Notes: a model not told the origin generated them from the letters alone. DNA of 62,368 nucleotides from a virus (IMGVR_UViG_3300042505_000324:1-62368); one strand, 5' to 3'. Shown: positions 8,369-19,335, numbered from the stretch's first letter. Translations and numbers: made by a program.

Positions 8369-8954
8369 ATCGAGCTTAACTACTATCGTAGATGATTTAA
8401 TCGAAGACACTGGTAGTGTTTTATGGTCATTAGTAAAGGGTGAACAATTAGAATTTCCAATTACACTTAATTTTATTGAAGGTTTTCCTACAGCTTATAT
8501 TTTTGAGGCTGTAGTTGTTGAAGCACTTAATGTAGCTGGGCAAACAGATAAGCCTACTTTAATTAAGCCTAGTGGTGTTCAAACAGTGCTTACTGTCAGA
8601 AAGCCTACTAATAGAGGTACTTGGGATTCTGCACAAGCTTACAATAAAGAAGAGGTAGTACTTTACAATGGAATCTATTATAAATTATCTGCTGGTGTTG
8701 CTAGGACAAATGTTACAGTTCCTTCGTCAGATTCTACTTGGATCGTAACTGTTCCTAATAAAGTTTATGTTCAATTCTTGAATACATTAGCTTCAACTTG
8801 GGCTGTAGCACCTATTGTAGATTGTCCTAGTTATGGCTTCTTCGAATTACGTGTAACAGAACCTACCGATGCAATCTTTAGTCATACTTGGAAACCTGTA
8901 AGAGGTATGGTAGAAATTCTATTTAGCCCTACGGATATCGTAGCCGACGTTTAA
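8361..8954 (+). CDS. virion structural protein (baseplate/fibre-anchor-like) with a CBM5/12-like motif
   Basis: Beta-rich; GTWDSAQAYNKEEVVLYNGIYY; located in the fibre block. Confidence 0.55.
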   Translation: MARSSLTTIVDDLIEDTGSVLWSLVKGEQLEFPITLNFIEGFPTAYIFEAVVVEALNVAGQTDKPTLIKPSGVQTVLTVRKPTNRGTWDSAQAYNKEEVVLYNGIYYKLSAGVARTNVTVPSSDSTWIVTVPNKVYVQFLNTLASTWAVAPIVDCPSYGFFELRVTEPTDAIFSHTWKPVRGMVEILFSPTDIVADV

Positions 8955-8963
8955 GGAGGCTCT

Positions 8964-10088
8964 ATGACCAAAGAAATTAGAGTTACGGCTAAACCTATAG
9001 TCATTAATAATATAGAAACTAATAATATTACTAATGTCTCCGTACCAAGTATAATTACTAATATAGATACAACGTTAAACGAGTTAACAAGTGTAGTACC
9101 TTTAGATTTTGATGTGATTTTAAGTGGTATGGGCGAGGAAGCTACATTAGAGCCTAATCTATTTAAATATTTAGAAGAGACTTTAAATAAATTAGAACGT
9201 ATTAGTTTATCACCTGATAAAATTATTGCGGATACTTTTAGTTCTTCCGAGATTAAATCATTTATAGTTAGTAAGGGTATAACTGATACTAAAAGTACTA
9301 GTGAAACTATTATATTGACTAGTGGGTTCAATAGAATATTTAATGATGTTCTCACATATGCTGAGTCTATCTTAATTTCTATAGGTCATAGCCGTGTATT
9401 TTCGGATATAATTGGATATGTTGATACGTTATTAATCTTACTAGATAAGGGTATTATAGATACATTATCTAAGACGGATTTAATTAGTTTTAATATAACA
9501 AAAATTTATAATGAAACTTCATCTGTAATTGAGAATATCTCTTTAGTTTTGTCTAAAATATTTAATGACAATAATACTATACAAGATAGTCAAATAATCA
9601 CTATTGGTAAAAATCCTGTTGATACTGTTATTACTAGTGAATTAAATTCGTTTGATATTGGACGAGGTATCATAGATACTTTAGTAGCCACAGATGACGT
9701 ATTAGGTAACGCCAATGTAGACGACGATCAGACTGTTTGGTTTGATAAAACATTAAAAGACAATATTTATTCTTCTGAAGTATTTGATAGAACTGTGTCT
9801 TATGATAGACAATTAATAGACCCTACTATTTTATCCGAGATAATTTCTAATAATTTAGATTTATTTAAGACAGAAACACTAAGTAAAGCAGATATTTACG
9901 AAATATTAGTGGGTAGAAACATTACAGATGCAATAACTTTAAATGAGCAAATTACAATATTATTAGCACTTAATAGAATATTTCTCGAGACTGTAAATAA
10001 AACAGACAGTGGTAAAATAAACAATCAAAGTTATTTCGCAGCTGATTATGCAGCAGATGACTATGCAGGTACAACAATAACTTTTTAA
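8964..10088 (+). CDS. repetitive fibre-like virion protein
   Basis: Roughly 19-aa periodic K/R-x-I/F-x-D/E-T repeats; C-terminal YFAADYAADDYAG. Confidence 0.55.
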   Translation: MTKEIRVTAKPIVINNIETNNITNVSVPSIITNIDTTLNELTSVVPLDFDVILSGMGEEATLEPNLFKYLEETLNKLERISLSPDKIIADTFSSSEIKSFIVSKGITDTKSTSETIILTSGFNRIFNDVLTYAESILISIGHSRVFSDIIGYVDTLLILLDKGIIDTLSKTDLISFNITKIYNETSSVIENISLVLSKIFNDNNTIQDSQIITIGKNPVDTVITSELNSFDIGRGIIDTLVATDDVLGNANVDDDQTVWFDKTLKDNIYSSEVFDRTVSYDRQLIDPTILSEIISNNLDLFKTETLSKADIYEILVGRNITDAITLNEQITILLALNRIFLETVNKTDSGKINNQSYFAADYAADDYAGTTITF

Positions 10089-10098
10089 GGAATAAAAA

Positions 10099-10557
10099 AT
10101 GTTTACAGAAGAACTTAATGCAACAGGTCTTGTTCAATTAGTTTTGACAGACGAAAATGGTAATATCAAACTTAAAGAAGAGCATAACTTAGTAGTAAGC
10201 AGTGGTCTATCATATATTACAAGTCGTATGAAAGATGCAACTGCTGCGGCAATGGGTTGGATGGCAGTAGGCACTGGTACTGTGGCTGCAGCTGCTGCTA
10301 ATACGTTATTAGGTGCGGAAGTAGCTCGTGTAGCTGTAACTTCAGCAACAGTCGTTACTACAACTGTAACTAATGACTCTATCCAATATGTAGCTACATT
10401 TCCAGCTGGTACAGGTACTGCAGCTATTACTGAAGCAGGTATCTTTAACGTAGTTACTGCTAATACTGCAACCATGTTAGCACGTACTGTATTTGCTGTA
10501 ATTAATAAGGGCGCATTAGACACTCTTACTATTACTTGGAAAATCACAATCGCTTAA
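10099..10557 (+). CDS. tail-fibre/collar-associated structural protein
   Basis: NLVVSSG...MAVGTG...LGAE...ITEAGIFN...MLARTVF...LTITW pattern. Confidence 0.7.
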   Translation: MFTEELNATGLVQLVLTDENGNIKLKEEHNLVVSSGLSYITSRMKDATAAAMGWMAVGTGTVAAAAANTLLGAEVARVAVTSATVVTTTVTNDSIQYVATFPAGTGTAAITEAGIFNVVTANTATMLARTVFAVINKGALDTLTITWKITIA

Positions 10558-10574
10558 TAATTAGGGGGACTTAG

Positions 10575-13500
10575 ATGGCTACTATTGTAACAAGAGAGTT
10601 AGGAGCTACACCGAAAGGAAGTCCTCTAACTAATGCAGAAATTGATCAAAACTTTATTAATTTAAATAGTGCAATTACAGGTGGAGATATTACAGGTGGT
10701 TCTAGTTCTATTGATAATGCTATTGTTAGATATAATGGAATTACAGGTAAAATAATTCAAAATTCTGGAATTACTATTGATGATAATAACAATATAGATC
10801 AAGCTAATGCGATTACATTTGATGTAACTCCAGCTACATTACCTACAACACCAGGCACTCTTTATTGGGATAGTGCTGATGGTAATCAGACGTTAAGTTT
10901 GATAATGGCTGGCGGTACTGCCACACAACAAATTGGTGAAGAACTATATTATAGAATTAAAGCATCCGCACCAATCACCAACGGGCAAGTGGTTATGTTT
11001 ACGGGAACGGTTGGCGCAAGTGGGGCTTTAACAGGCGCACCAGCAACGGGATTAACTGCCGCAACCGCTTCTTATGTCATGGGGATTGCAACGCAAGATA
11101 TGGCGACTAACGATTGGGGATATGTAACTTCATTCGGTTTAGTTCGTAACATTAACACTTCGGCTTTTACGGCTGGCGATATTTTATATTTTAATCCATC
11201 TGTAACGGGTGGCTTAACAACAACAATTCCAACCGCACCAAACGCAAAAGTTCAAGTTTGTGCAGTCATATATTCAAGCGCAACCGTTGGTTCATTATTT
11301 GTTCGCCCATCATTTGGTGGCATTTTAGGTCAATACGAAGGTGATGTTAATTTTACAAGCATAGCAGCTGGAAACTTAATCTGTAGAAACGCAGGCAACA
11401 CTGCTTGGGAAAACGTTACAGCAATACCAAATACACAAGTATCTGGTCTTGGTACAATCTCAACACAAAATGCAAACAATGTAACTGTTACTGGTGGATC
11501 GATTAATGGAACAACATTAGGCGCTACAACTCCAAGTACGGTGGTGGCTACTACGGGTAATTTCACTGGTCCAACTCCAACAGGCAATGCTGTAGTTGTA
11601 AGAACTACGGGTGGTGACGCAGTATCTATTACCACCAGAGCAACTGGGTTAGGTGGCGTAATCTCAGCTACAGATACTACATTAGCTACTTATGCCAATC
11701 TAGATATTATATGTAATGGAGCTTTTATTAAGGCTAACAATGGTGCAACAGTACTTACAATTAATAGTACTGGGTTAGCCGTAACAGGGAATTTAAGTGC
11801 AACAGGCACTCTAACAGGTGTAACAGACCTAACAACTACAGGTAACACTATCTTAGGCAATGCCTCTACCGATACATTAAACGTAGGTAATGGGGGGTTG
11901 GTTAAAGATGCTAATGGAAAACTATTGCTTGCTGCAACTTCTACAGGAATAATGTTTGATATATTAAGTACTAATCAGCAAACAAACGGTATTGATGTAA
12001 TTAAAGCAAGTCCTTATACTTATACAGATATTTACGGTTGTGGTACTGGTGGTACTTGGCAAGGTGTTATACGTTTCTACACATCTAATAATACAGCAGC
12101 TGTGGAACGTATGCGTATTGACTCCGCAGGTCAATTAGGTGTAGGAATGACTACAAGCTATGGAAAAGTATCCATAGCAAATACAAATGCTAGTGGTGGA
12201 TTACATTTATCAAATGGAACAACAGATACAGGAGGCTACCTAAATTCCACAGGGACAACTGAACTTATGGTGTCTGCTGGCGCAAGTTATAATAGCTACT
12301 CTGCCCCTAATTTTGTAATGAATGCTAAATCTACTATAGCAAGTGGTATTTATTTTGGTGGTGGAGTTACATCATTTTGGAATAATACAGGATTAACTGC
12401 AGGTACTACATTTAACCGAACAGAACGTATGCGCATAGATTCCTCAGGCAACGTAGGGATTGGTATAACACCAACAGCTAATACGACATGGGCTGGCGGA
12501 ACTGTAATTCCAGCCTTAGATATGGCGAAATCTTCACAATATAATGTTATCAATCTTAAATCTTATTCCACAAATGCTAATTCTTGCGGTATACTGGTTT
12601 TAAGTCACTCAAAATCCGCAACAATAGGTACACAGGTAGCAACTGCTAATAATGATTATTTAGGTTGGCTTGCTTTTGAAGGTGTAAATAGCTCTAATAC
12701 TATAGCTGGTGGCGCTGTGATTGGTGCATATCAAGAAGGTGCTGCAGGAGTAACTTACGTACCAAGTCGATTAGTGTTTTGGACATCAAATGGGACAACT
12801 GCACCAACAGAACGCATGCGCATTGACTCCAATGGAGTTGTAAGTGTAGGAGCCAACGTAACTACTGTTCAATCTGGGTGGGCAGGGTCTGGTAATAAGT
12901 TACAAATAAGCAATGCTGGTGTATCTACGACTACTCAACAAATTATTAAAACTTATTCTGCTTCTACTAGCTTTGCTGGGGGTCTCTCTCTTGGTAAATC
13001 TGGAAGTAATACACTTAATACATTAGCTATTACTGGTACAGAAACTCTTGGATTTCTTACATTTGATGGTGTAAATAGTTCTAATACTGTATTCTCTGCT
13101 TCCGCTATTACAGGCAATGGTACAGCAACACCTGGTGCATCTTACGGTGCAGGGGCATTATTATTCTGGACTAGTAATGGTGTTTCATCTGCTGCAGAAC
13201 GGATGCGTATAGATTCCTCAGGCAATGTAAATATATCAGGGCTTACCGCTTCACAAATAGTGATGACAGATGCAAATAAGAATTTAGTATCCTCTACTTT
13301 ATCTTCAGCTAATATAGCATCACTTAATGCAGCACAAACATTTACTGCGCCTCAACGTGGTTCTGTAACTACTGCCAATACTGCTGCCTTTGATGAAAGT
13401 GTAACTAATAACTTCCAATGTACACCTGCCGCAACAGTTGCGTTAACTTTTTCTAATCATACTGCTGGTCAATCAGGCTATGTATTACTTATTAATACTG

Positions 13501-13643
13501 GTGGGTATGCAATTACAGCTGCAGCTACTACTAAATTAGGCGCTGGTACATTAGCAGCAATTAGTACTGCAGGAACTTATTTATTAAGTTATTTCGATAA
13601 TGGTACAAATGCATACGTTACAGCATCGGGGGCATTAGCATGA
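10575..13643 (+). CDS. long tail fibre
   Basis: N-terminal KGSPLTNAEIDQNF; four ERMRIDSxG repeats; G/T/A/S-rich. Confidence 0.85.
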   Translation: MATIVTRELGATPKGSPLTNAEIDQNFINLNSAITGGDITGGSSSIDNAIVRYNGITGKIIQNSGITIDDNNNIDQANAITFDVTPATLPTTPGTLYWDSADGNQTLSLIMAGGTATQQIGEELYYRIKASAPITNGQVVMFTGTVGASGALTGAPATGLTAATASYVMGIATQDMATNDWGYVTSFGLVRNINTSAFTAGDILYFNPSVTGGLTTTIPTAPNAKVQVCAVIYSSATVGSLFVRPSFGGILGQYEGDVNFTSIAAGNLICRNAGNTAWENVTAIPNTQVSGLGTISTQNANNVTVTGGSINGTTLGATTPSTVVATTGNFTGPTPTGNAVVVRTTGGDAVSITTRATGLGGVISATDTTLATYANLDIICNGAFIKANNGATVLTINSTGLAVTGNLSATGTLTGVTDLTTTGNTILGNASTDTLNVGNGGLVKDANGKLLLAATSTGIMFDILSTNQQTNGIDVIKASPYTYTDIYGCGTGGTWQGVIRFYTSNNTAAVERMRIDSAGQLGVGMTTSYGKVSIANTNASGGLHLSNGTTDTGGYLNSTGTTELMVSAGASYNSYSAPNFVMNAKSTIASGIYFGGGVTSFWNNTGLTAGTTFNRTERMRIDSSGNVGIGITPTANTTWAGGTVIPALDMAKSSQYNVINLKSYSTNANSCGILVLSHSKSATIGTQVATANNDYLGWLAFEGVNSSNTIAGGAVIGAYQEGAAGVTYVPSRLVFWTSNGTTAPTERMRIDSNGVVSVGANVTTVQSGWAGSGNKLQISNAGVSTTTQQIIKTYSASTSFAGGLSLGKSGSNTLNTLAITGTETLGFLTFDGVNSSNTVFSASAITGNGTATPGASYGAGALLFWTSNGVSSAAERMRIDSSGNVNISGLTASQIVMTDANKNLVSSTLSSANIASLNAAQTFTAPQRGSVTTANTAAFDESVTNNFQCTPAATVALTFSNHTAGQSGYVLLINTGGYAITAAATTKLGAGTLAAISTAGTYLLSYFDNGTNAYVTASGALA

Positions 13644-16108
13644 GTTTTCTACAAAATTCTAACGCCATTAATGGTGAAATTAATTATCAGATTACCAATT
13701 CTTTGAGATTTCAAAGTGCAAATAGTCAATATATGAGTAGAACTCCTTCTGTAAGTGGAGATTTACGCAAATGGACGTATTCTGTATGGTTAAAAAGAGG
13801 ATTAATTTCACCAGCTACTCAATATCCTACCATAATTTCTGCTACATTAAGTGCTTCTTTTAATGACTCTGTATACTTCACAACTACAAGTGATGTTATT
13901 ACTTGGAATATAAGTAATACAGTAATATTGTTACAAACAACTAATGTATTTAGAGATCCTTCAGCTTGGTATCATGTTTTACTTGTTTGGGATACTGCTA
14001 ATGCAACTGCATCCAATAGAGCTAAGATATATATAAATGGTATAGAATGTGTGTATACTACTGACAATAGGGCAACATATCTGAATAGAGATTCTACATG
14101 GAATAGAGCTGCAATAATAAATTACGTAGGTGGTTCATCTAACGCTGTTCTTGATTATGATGGTAACCAAACTGAAATAAATTTCATAAATGGACAAGCA
14201 TTAACACCATCATCTTTTGGAATAACAGCTCCTGCTACTGGACAGTGGGTTGCAATAAAATATACTGGAACCTATGGTACTAATGGTTTTTGTTATAAAT
14301 TTACCAATGGTACTTCTACTGCAACATTAGGAACAGATTCAAGTGGTAATAATAATACTGCTACATTAACTAGTTTTACTAGAGTTGCTGGTGTAGCCGA
14401 TTGTTGGACTACCGATGTTCCTAGTGGTAATAGTTTCTATGGAGTTCAACCTAATAGTAATTACGCAGTTTTAAATCCGTTATGTAGCAATGCAAATATT
14501 TCAAATGGTAATCTAAAAGTTGCTAACGCAGCAACATCTATACAACACAATGCTATAGCAACTATAGCAATAACCATACCTACATATTTCGAACACACTG
14601 TTGGAGTAGTTCAAGGTGCTGGACAAAACGTTTATTTTGGAGTAGGTTCTAGTGAGCTTTTAAGCGCATATCCTAGTTATTTAGGTGCTTCTTCAAATGG
14701 ATGGGCAATGTGGTACGGTTCTGGTTTCACTGGAAAAATGTACAACGCTGTGGGAACGAATCTAGTAACAGGGGTTCCAGCTGTAGGAGATATTTTAATG
14801 ATAGCTGTAGATCCAGCTAACGGTAAGATATGGTTTGGTAAAAACGGTACATGGCTAGGTAGTGGAGATCCAGTTGCAGGAACAAATGCAGGATATACAG
14901 GATTACCTAGCAAGGTTTATGGTGTATTTGGCGTATATTACGCAGGGGCTGCTGGTGGAAATTATTATAATATGAATTTCGGACAAAGAACATTTTCATA
15001 TACACCACCTTCAGGATATAAGGCACTTTGCACATCTAATCTACCAAGCAGTCCTATTTCACAAGGCTCTGATTTTATGGATGTCAGCGCATGGACTGGT
15101 ACTAATGGGACTAGAACATTCACTACAGCAAAAGGATTTCAACCAGATTTGGTTTGGGTAAAGGGTAGAAACGCAGGATGGGACCATGTTCTATATGATA
15201 GTGTCAGAGGCGCAGGCAATACTAAAGAACTCGTTTCCGATTTAACTGCTATTGAAGGCTCGTTAAATTCTGAAGGATATGGGTATGTATCATCTTTCAA
15301 CTCTAATGGCTTTACTGCAACAGTTGGTAATGATGTTACTTATCCAGCACTATATTTCAATCTATTAACATATAACTATGTAGGATGGCAATGGAAAGCT
15401 GGAGGTTCTACGGTCTCTAATACTAATGGTACTATAACATCGCAAGTTAGTGCAAATACTACAAGCGGTTTTAGTATTGTAAGTTATACTGGTACTGGTG
15501 TAAATGCAAGTATAGGGCATGGCTTAGGTTTTACTCCAGATTTTATAATTGTTAAGAAAAGAAGTGCTACAGGTAATTGGATCGTATGGCATTCTTCTAT
15601 AGGCGCTACACAATACTTAGCTCTTAACTTAACGATAGCTGCTACAACAAATGCAATAGTATTTACCAGTGCTCCTACAGCTACAGTATTTAATATAGGC
15701 ACAGATACGGATATGAATGTCTCTGCACAAACATTTGTAGCCTATTGTTTTAGGGGTATTGAAGGGTATAGTAAATTTGGCAAATATGTAGGAAATGGGA
15801 GCGCTAATGGTCCGTTTGTATATCTCGGATTTAAACCAAAATTTATTATGTGTAAAAGCATATCTATTGGAGGTGTAGGTTATTCGTGGTTTATAAGAGA
15901 TTCGGCTAGGGAATCAATGAATGTAACTACTTCTGCATTGTGGGCGGACTCAGCATCTGTAGAAACTGCAAATGCTTCATATGCAATTGACTTTCTTTCT
16001 AATGGTTTTAAATTAAGAGGTGTAGATGCTGGAGAAAATGCTTCGGGACAAACTTTCATTTATATAGCTTTTGCTGAATCACCCTTTGCTTCAGCTAATG
16101 CTCGTTGA
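13640..16108 (+). CDS. receptor-binding/fibre protein with ConA-like and SPRY-like domains
   Basis: SLRF...WTYSVWLKRG, FRDPSAWYH, GKIWFGKNGTW, PPSGYKAL, FQPDLVWVK, SNGFKLR motifs. Confidence 0.8.
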   Translation: MSFLQNSNAINGEINYQITNSLRFQSANSQYMSRTPSVSGDLRKWTYSVWLKRGLISPATQYPTIISATLSASFNDSVYFTTTSDVITWNISNTVILLQTTNVFRDPSAWYHVLLVWDTANATASNRAKIYINGIECVYTTDNRATYLNRDSTWNRAAIINYVGGSSNAVLDYDGNQTEINFINGQALTPSSFGITAPATGQWVAIKYTGTYGTNGFCYKFTNGTSTATLGTDSSGNNNTATLTSFTRVAGVADCWTTDVPSGNSFYGVQPNSNYAVLNPLCSNANISNGNLKVANAATSIQHNAIATIAITIPTYFEHTVGVVQGAGQNVYFGVGSSELLSAYPSYLGASSNGWAMWYGSGFTGKMYNAVGTNLVTGVPAVGDILMIAVDPANGKIWFGKNGTWLGSGDPVAGTNAGYTGLPSKVYGVFGVYYAGAAGGNYYNMNFGQRTFSYTPPSGYKALCTSNLPSSPISQGSDFMDVSAWTGTNGTRTFTTAKGFQPDLVWVKGRNAGWDHVLYDSVRGAGNTKELVSDLTAIEGSLNSEGYGYVSSFNSNGFTATVGNDVTYPALYFNLLTYNYVGWQWKAGGSTVSNTNGTITSQVSANTTSGFSIVSYTGTGVNASIGHGLGFTPDFIIVKKRSATGNWIVWHSSIGATQYLALNLTIAATTNAIVFTSAPTATVFNIGTDTDMNVSAQTFVAYCFRGIEGYSKFGKYVGNGSANGPFVYLGFKPKFIMCKSISIGGVGYSWFIRDSARESMNVTTSALWADSASVETANASYAIDFLSNGFKLRGVDAGENASGQTFIYIAFAESPFASANAR

Positions 16109-16122
16109 TTAAAGGAAATAAT

Positions 16123-16599
16123 ATGTTTTATTGCAATATAAATGGTCAATATATTAATGAAGGTACTCAGTTTGAGATTGAAGGGGTTACTTATCCACCA
16201 CAATGGCTTAATCAATCCACACCTGAACAAAAAGCCGAAATAGGTTTAGAAGAAGTAATTGCAACTAATGAACCATATAATCCTATTTATTATTGGACAG
16301 GTGAGATTTTAGAGGCAGCGACATTAACTTATACAGGTACAGCAAGAGATTTGATTGAAGTACAATCTACTGCTATAACAAGTATTAATAATATTGCCTA
16401 CTCATTATTATTACCTTCTGATTGGATGGTGGTAAAATCAGTTGAAACTGGTATTAATATTTCGAACAATTGGAATGTTTGGCGAACGTCTATTAGAAAT
16501 ACTGCAACTTCTATTAATACACAACTAAAATTAACGGCTAGTGTGGATGAAGTAGAAGCTATTATGTATTCAATTAATTGGCCAAGTATGCCTATTTAA
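16123..16599 (+). CDS. tail fibre assembly chaperone-like protein
   Basis: YPPQWL...LLPSDW...WRTSIR...WP; follows the fibres; start at the ATG after AAGGA. Confidence 0.7.
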   Translation: MFYCNINGQYINEGTQFEIEGVTYPPQWLNQSTPEQKAEIGLEEVIATNEPYNPIYYWTGEILEAATLTYTGTARDLIEVQSTAITSINNIAYSLLLPSDWMVVKSVETGINISNNWNVWRTSIRNTATSINTQLKLTASVDEVEAIMYSINWPSMPI

Positions 16600-16654
16600 A
16601 TACAGGTAATTAATCTGCCTTCTCAGATTAAAGTTAATATAAGGAAAACACGAA

Positions 16655-16873
16655 GTGGCAAAAGATAAAGAACCCCAAATCGTTAAGATTGATGATGTAG
16701 AGTATGATGCTAATAATTTCAATGAACAACAGGTAGTTTTGTTTAATCATTGTTTAGATTTAGATCGTAAGATTGGTAGCACTAACTTTCAATTACAACA
16801 ATTAAACGTTGGTAAAGATGCTTTTATTAAGATGCTTAAAGATGCATTAACAATAAAAGAAGTAGAGCAATAA
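16655..16873 (+). CDS. small coiled-coil fibre-associated protein
   Basis: IDDVEY...DLDRKI...QLNVG; GTG start with SD. Confidence 0.6.
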   Translation: MAKDKEPQIVKIDDVEYDANNFNEQQVVLFNHCLDLDRKIGSTNFQLQQLNVGKDAFIKMLKDALTIKEVEQ

Positions 16874-17158
16874 ATGGAAAATCTATTACATTTCCTTAAT
16901 TATTGGTTAGGTAAGCTCTATATTAAAAATCCTTATGTACTTGCAGATAAGCAGATGCATCTTATAAGTGGTATTATTCTGGGTATCATATTCTCGCTAG
17001 TTATGGGATTATATTCTATATTACCAGTGGCTATAATAGCTTATCTTAAAGAGCTATATGATTATAAAAATAGTACTATTCATACGCCAGATTTTTGGGA
17101 TTGGTTTGCTACTACCTTAGGCGGTGTAATAGGTTCATTAATTGTTGTATTAGTTTAA
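16874..17158 (+). CDS. small multi-TM membrane protein (DKxxH...KELYD...D motif)
   Basis: Hydrophobic segments with DKQMH and KE motifs. Confidence 0.6.
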   Translation: MENLLHFLNYWLGKLYIKNPYVLADKQMHLISGIILGIIFSLVMGLYSILPVAIIAYLKELYDYKNSTIHTPDFWDWFATTLGGVIGSLIVVLV

Positions 17159-17171
17159 AAAGAAGAAAAAT

Positions 17172-17558
17172 ATGGTTGAATACAATAGAAGGCATGATGA
17201 TGGTGGTAGAACCGAAATAGATGATTTGATCAAACAAGAAAATGACCCAAAGACACGGGCAATTTTACTGGTTTTGCAGAACATCAATGTTTCACTTATG
17301 GCAAACACCCAAGCGGTAAATGATACCGATACACAGTTAAAAGCACACATGGTTGAAGTCCAGCGTCAAGCAGAAAAGAATAATGCCTTAATCAACAAAG
17401 GCAAAGGAATGTGGAATGTCATCAGTATTTTATTAGCTGTGGTTCAAGCTGGCTTGGTTTATTTTATGACAATGTATTTAGCCGACATTAAGAATTTGCA
17501 TAATGATGATATTGACTTAGATAAAAGAATTACCGTATTGGAACAACATTCAAAATAA
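17172..17558 (+). CDS. coiled-coil protein with one TM segment
   Basis: ORF track; TM VISILLAVVQAGLVYFM. Confidence 0.6.
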   Translation: MVEYNRRHDDGGRTEIDDLIKQENDPKTRAILLVLQNINVSLMANTQAVNDTDTQLKAHMVEVQRQAEKNNALINKGKGMWNVISILLAVVQAGLVYFMTMYLADIKNLHNDDIDLDKRITVLEQHSK

Positions 17559-17567
17559 GGAATTATT

Positions 17568-17756
17568 ATGGCATTAGCTACACAACAAAAACCATTAGTA
17601 ACTCCACAAGTTGCTTTAACACCAGCAGAACGTGGTACTAATAATTGGTCTATCTTTGCAACAGAAACAGAAGGCGTAATTAGAGCACGTAATAACGTTT
17701 CTCAACGTACTTTCGAAGGTACAATCTCTGATTTTAATAAACTAAATAGAGGTTAA
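17568..17756 (+). CDS. hypothetical protein
   Basis: ORF track; TAAGGA SD. Confidence 0.6.
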   Translation: MALATQQKPLVTPQVALTPAERGTNNWSIFATETEGVIRARNNVSQRTFEGTISDFNKLNRG

Positions 17757-17757
17757 T

Positions 17758-19335
17758 ATGCAGGTCACAAACGCTATCCAAAACACAAAAACAGTAGCAG
17801 ATCCAATCGCTGCATATGAATCAATGAAGGCAATATGGTTGAAAAATAAGGCTGTCTGTAGTGGAGAGCGGTTCGTAAAGACATATGATACTTTCTTAGA
17901 TGTATTTACGTTCACGAATCTATTAATTCCATTCTCACCATCAATGACGCCTCAGCAATATGATTTTTATAAGACAGAAGCTGAGTTTCCTGGTATTACA
18001 TCTCAGTATTCTAAACTACTTGTAGGTGGTTTATTAAGAAAACAACCTATACTTAAGTTACCCAAAGATGCACCAGCAGATGCTATGCAATGGATTATGG
18101 ACGGTTTCGGTCAAGATAGTTCGCCTTTAATTTCTTTCTTGGATTCAGCATTATGGGAAGAAGTACAAACAGGTAGAGCATGGATAGCTTTAGACTATCC
18201 TAAATTAACTGATAAGCAATTAAATGAGATGTCACGTCCTGAGTTTTTAGCTCTAAAACCTTATCCAATCTTAATTAGTGCTGAGTCAATAATTAACTGG
18301 AAAGTTGCTGTATCTGCTAACGGTACGCAAGAATTGACACAATTAGTCATTCGAGGTTTTGAACCCGATTTTACACAAAATGAATTTCACGCTAATCAAG
18401 TTGCTACTGTATGGGTTCATGAAATTGTAGATGGTAAATACCAAATACGAACATATAGAAAGACTTCAGCTGAACAACAAATTGCTGTAATTAACGGTAG
18501 GGTACAAAAAGATTTTAACTTACAACGTGAAGTCTTTGAATTAAAAGAGACTAATACTAATATTCTTATTAATGGTGAAAGAATGAATACCATACCTATG
18601 TGGCCACTAAATGGTTCAATAGATATAGTAGAACCAATGATTACACCATTCGTAGATAGAGAGATTAGTCTGTATAATAAATTAAGTCGTAGAAATCATT
18701 TGTTATATGGTGCTTCTACATATACACCAATCATATCCTCTGATATGTCTGATGATGAATTCGATACTATTACCTCAGCTGGTTTAGGTAGTTGGATACG
18801 CTTACGTCAAGGTGATGAAGCTAAAGTATTAGAAACACCTACTGCAGCTTTACAAGATATGGACAGAGCAATTGCTGCTACTGTAGAAGATATGGCTAAA
18901 TTAGGTATGCGTATGTTATCACCAGAAACAGCACAATCAGGTGTAGCATTAGATATTCGAAATGCAGCACAGACAGCTCAATTAGGTACATTTAATATTA
19001 AAGTATCTAATCAAATGGCTGATATTATTGCATTTATGCTTAATTGGAGATATTCAAAAGAATATACTTCTGCTGATATTGAATTCAGTTTATCTAACGA
19101 CTTCTCTAGTGTATCTATGGATTACAACTGGTTACGTCTTATTACTGAATGGTATCAAGCTGGTCTATTACCTAGAACTGCTTGGTTACAAATTCTAAAA
19201 CAAAATGATGTAATGCCACCTGATTATAACGATGATGATGGCAAGTTAGAGATAAATAAGGATGATATAATTAATACTCCACCGATTACACCGAGTGATA
19301 CTAGTTATATCGATAAACTTCAAGCCGTTGGATAG
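17758..19335 (+). CDS. portal protein (DUF4055-like)
   Basis: 525 aa; YxxYKxxAEF, GRAWIALDYP, AESIINW motifs; precedes MuF, scaffold and capsid genes. Confidence 0.85.
   Translation: MQVTNAIQNTKTVADPIAAYESMKAIWLKNKAVCSGERFVKTYDTFLDVFTFTNLLIPFSPSMTPQQYDFYKTEAEFPGITSQYSKLLVGGLLRKQPILKLPKDAPADAMQWIMDGFGQDSSPLISFLDSALWEEVQTGRAWIALDYPKLTDKQLNEMSRPEFLALKPYPILISAESIINWKVAVSANGTQELTQLVIRGFEPDFTQNEFHANQVATVWVHEIVDGKYQIRTYRKTSAEQQIAVINGRVQKDFNLQREVFELKETNTNILINGERMNTIPMWPLNGSIDIVEPMITPFVDREISLYNKLSRRNHLLYGASTYTPIISSDMSDDEFDTITSAGLGSWIRLRQGDEAKVLETPTAALQDMDRAIAATVEDMAKLGMRMLSPETAQSGVALDIRNAAQTAQLGTFNIKVSNQMADIIAFMLNWRYSKEYTSADIEFSLSNDFSSVSMDYNWLRLITEWYQAGLLPRTAWLQILKQNDVMPPDYNDDDGKLEINKDDIINTPPITPSDTSYIDKLQAVG

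Noticed and set aside
10575-16108. Diversity-generating retroelement acting on the fibres
   Set aside because: No reverse transcriptase and no template/variable repeat pair differing at adenines seen
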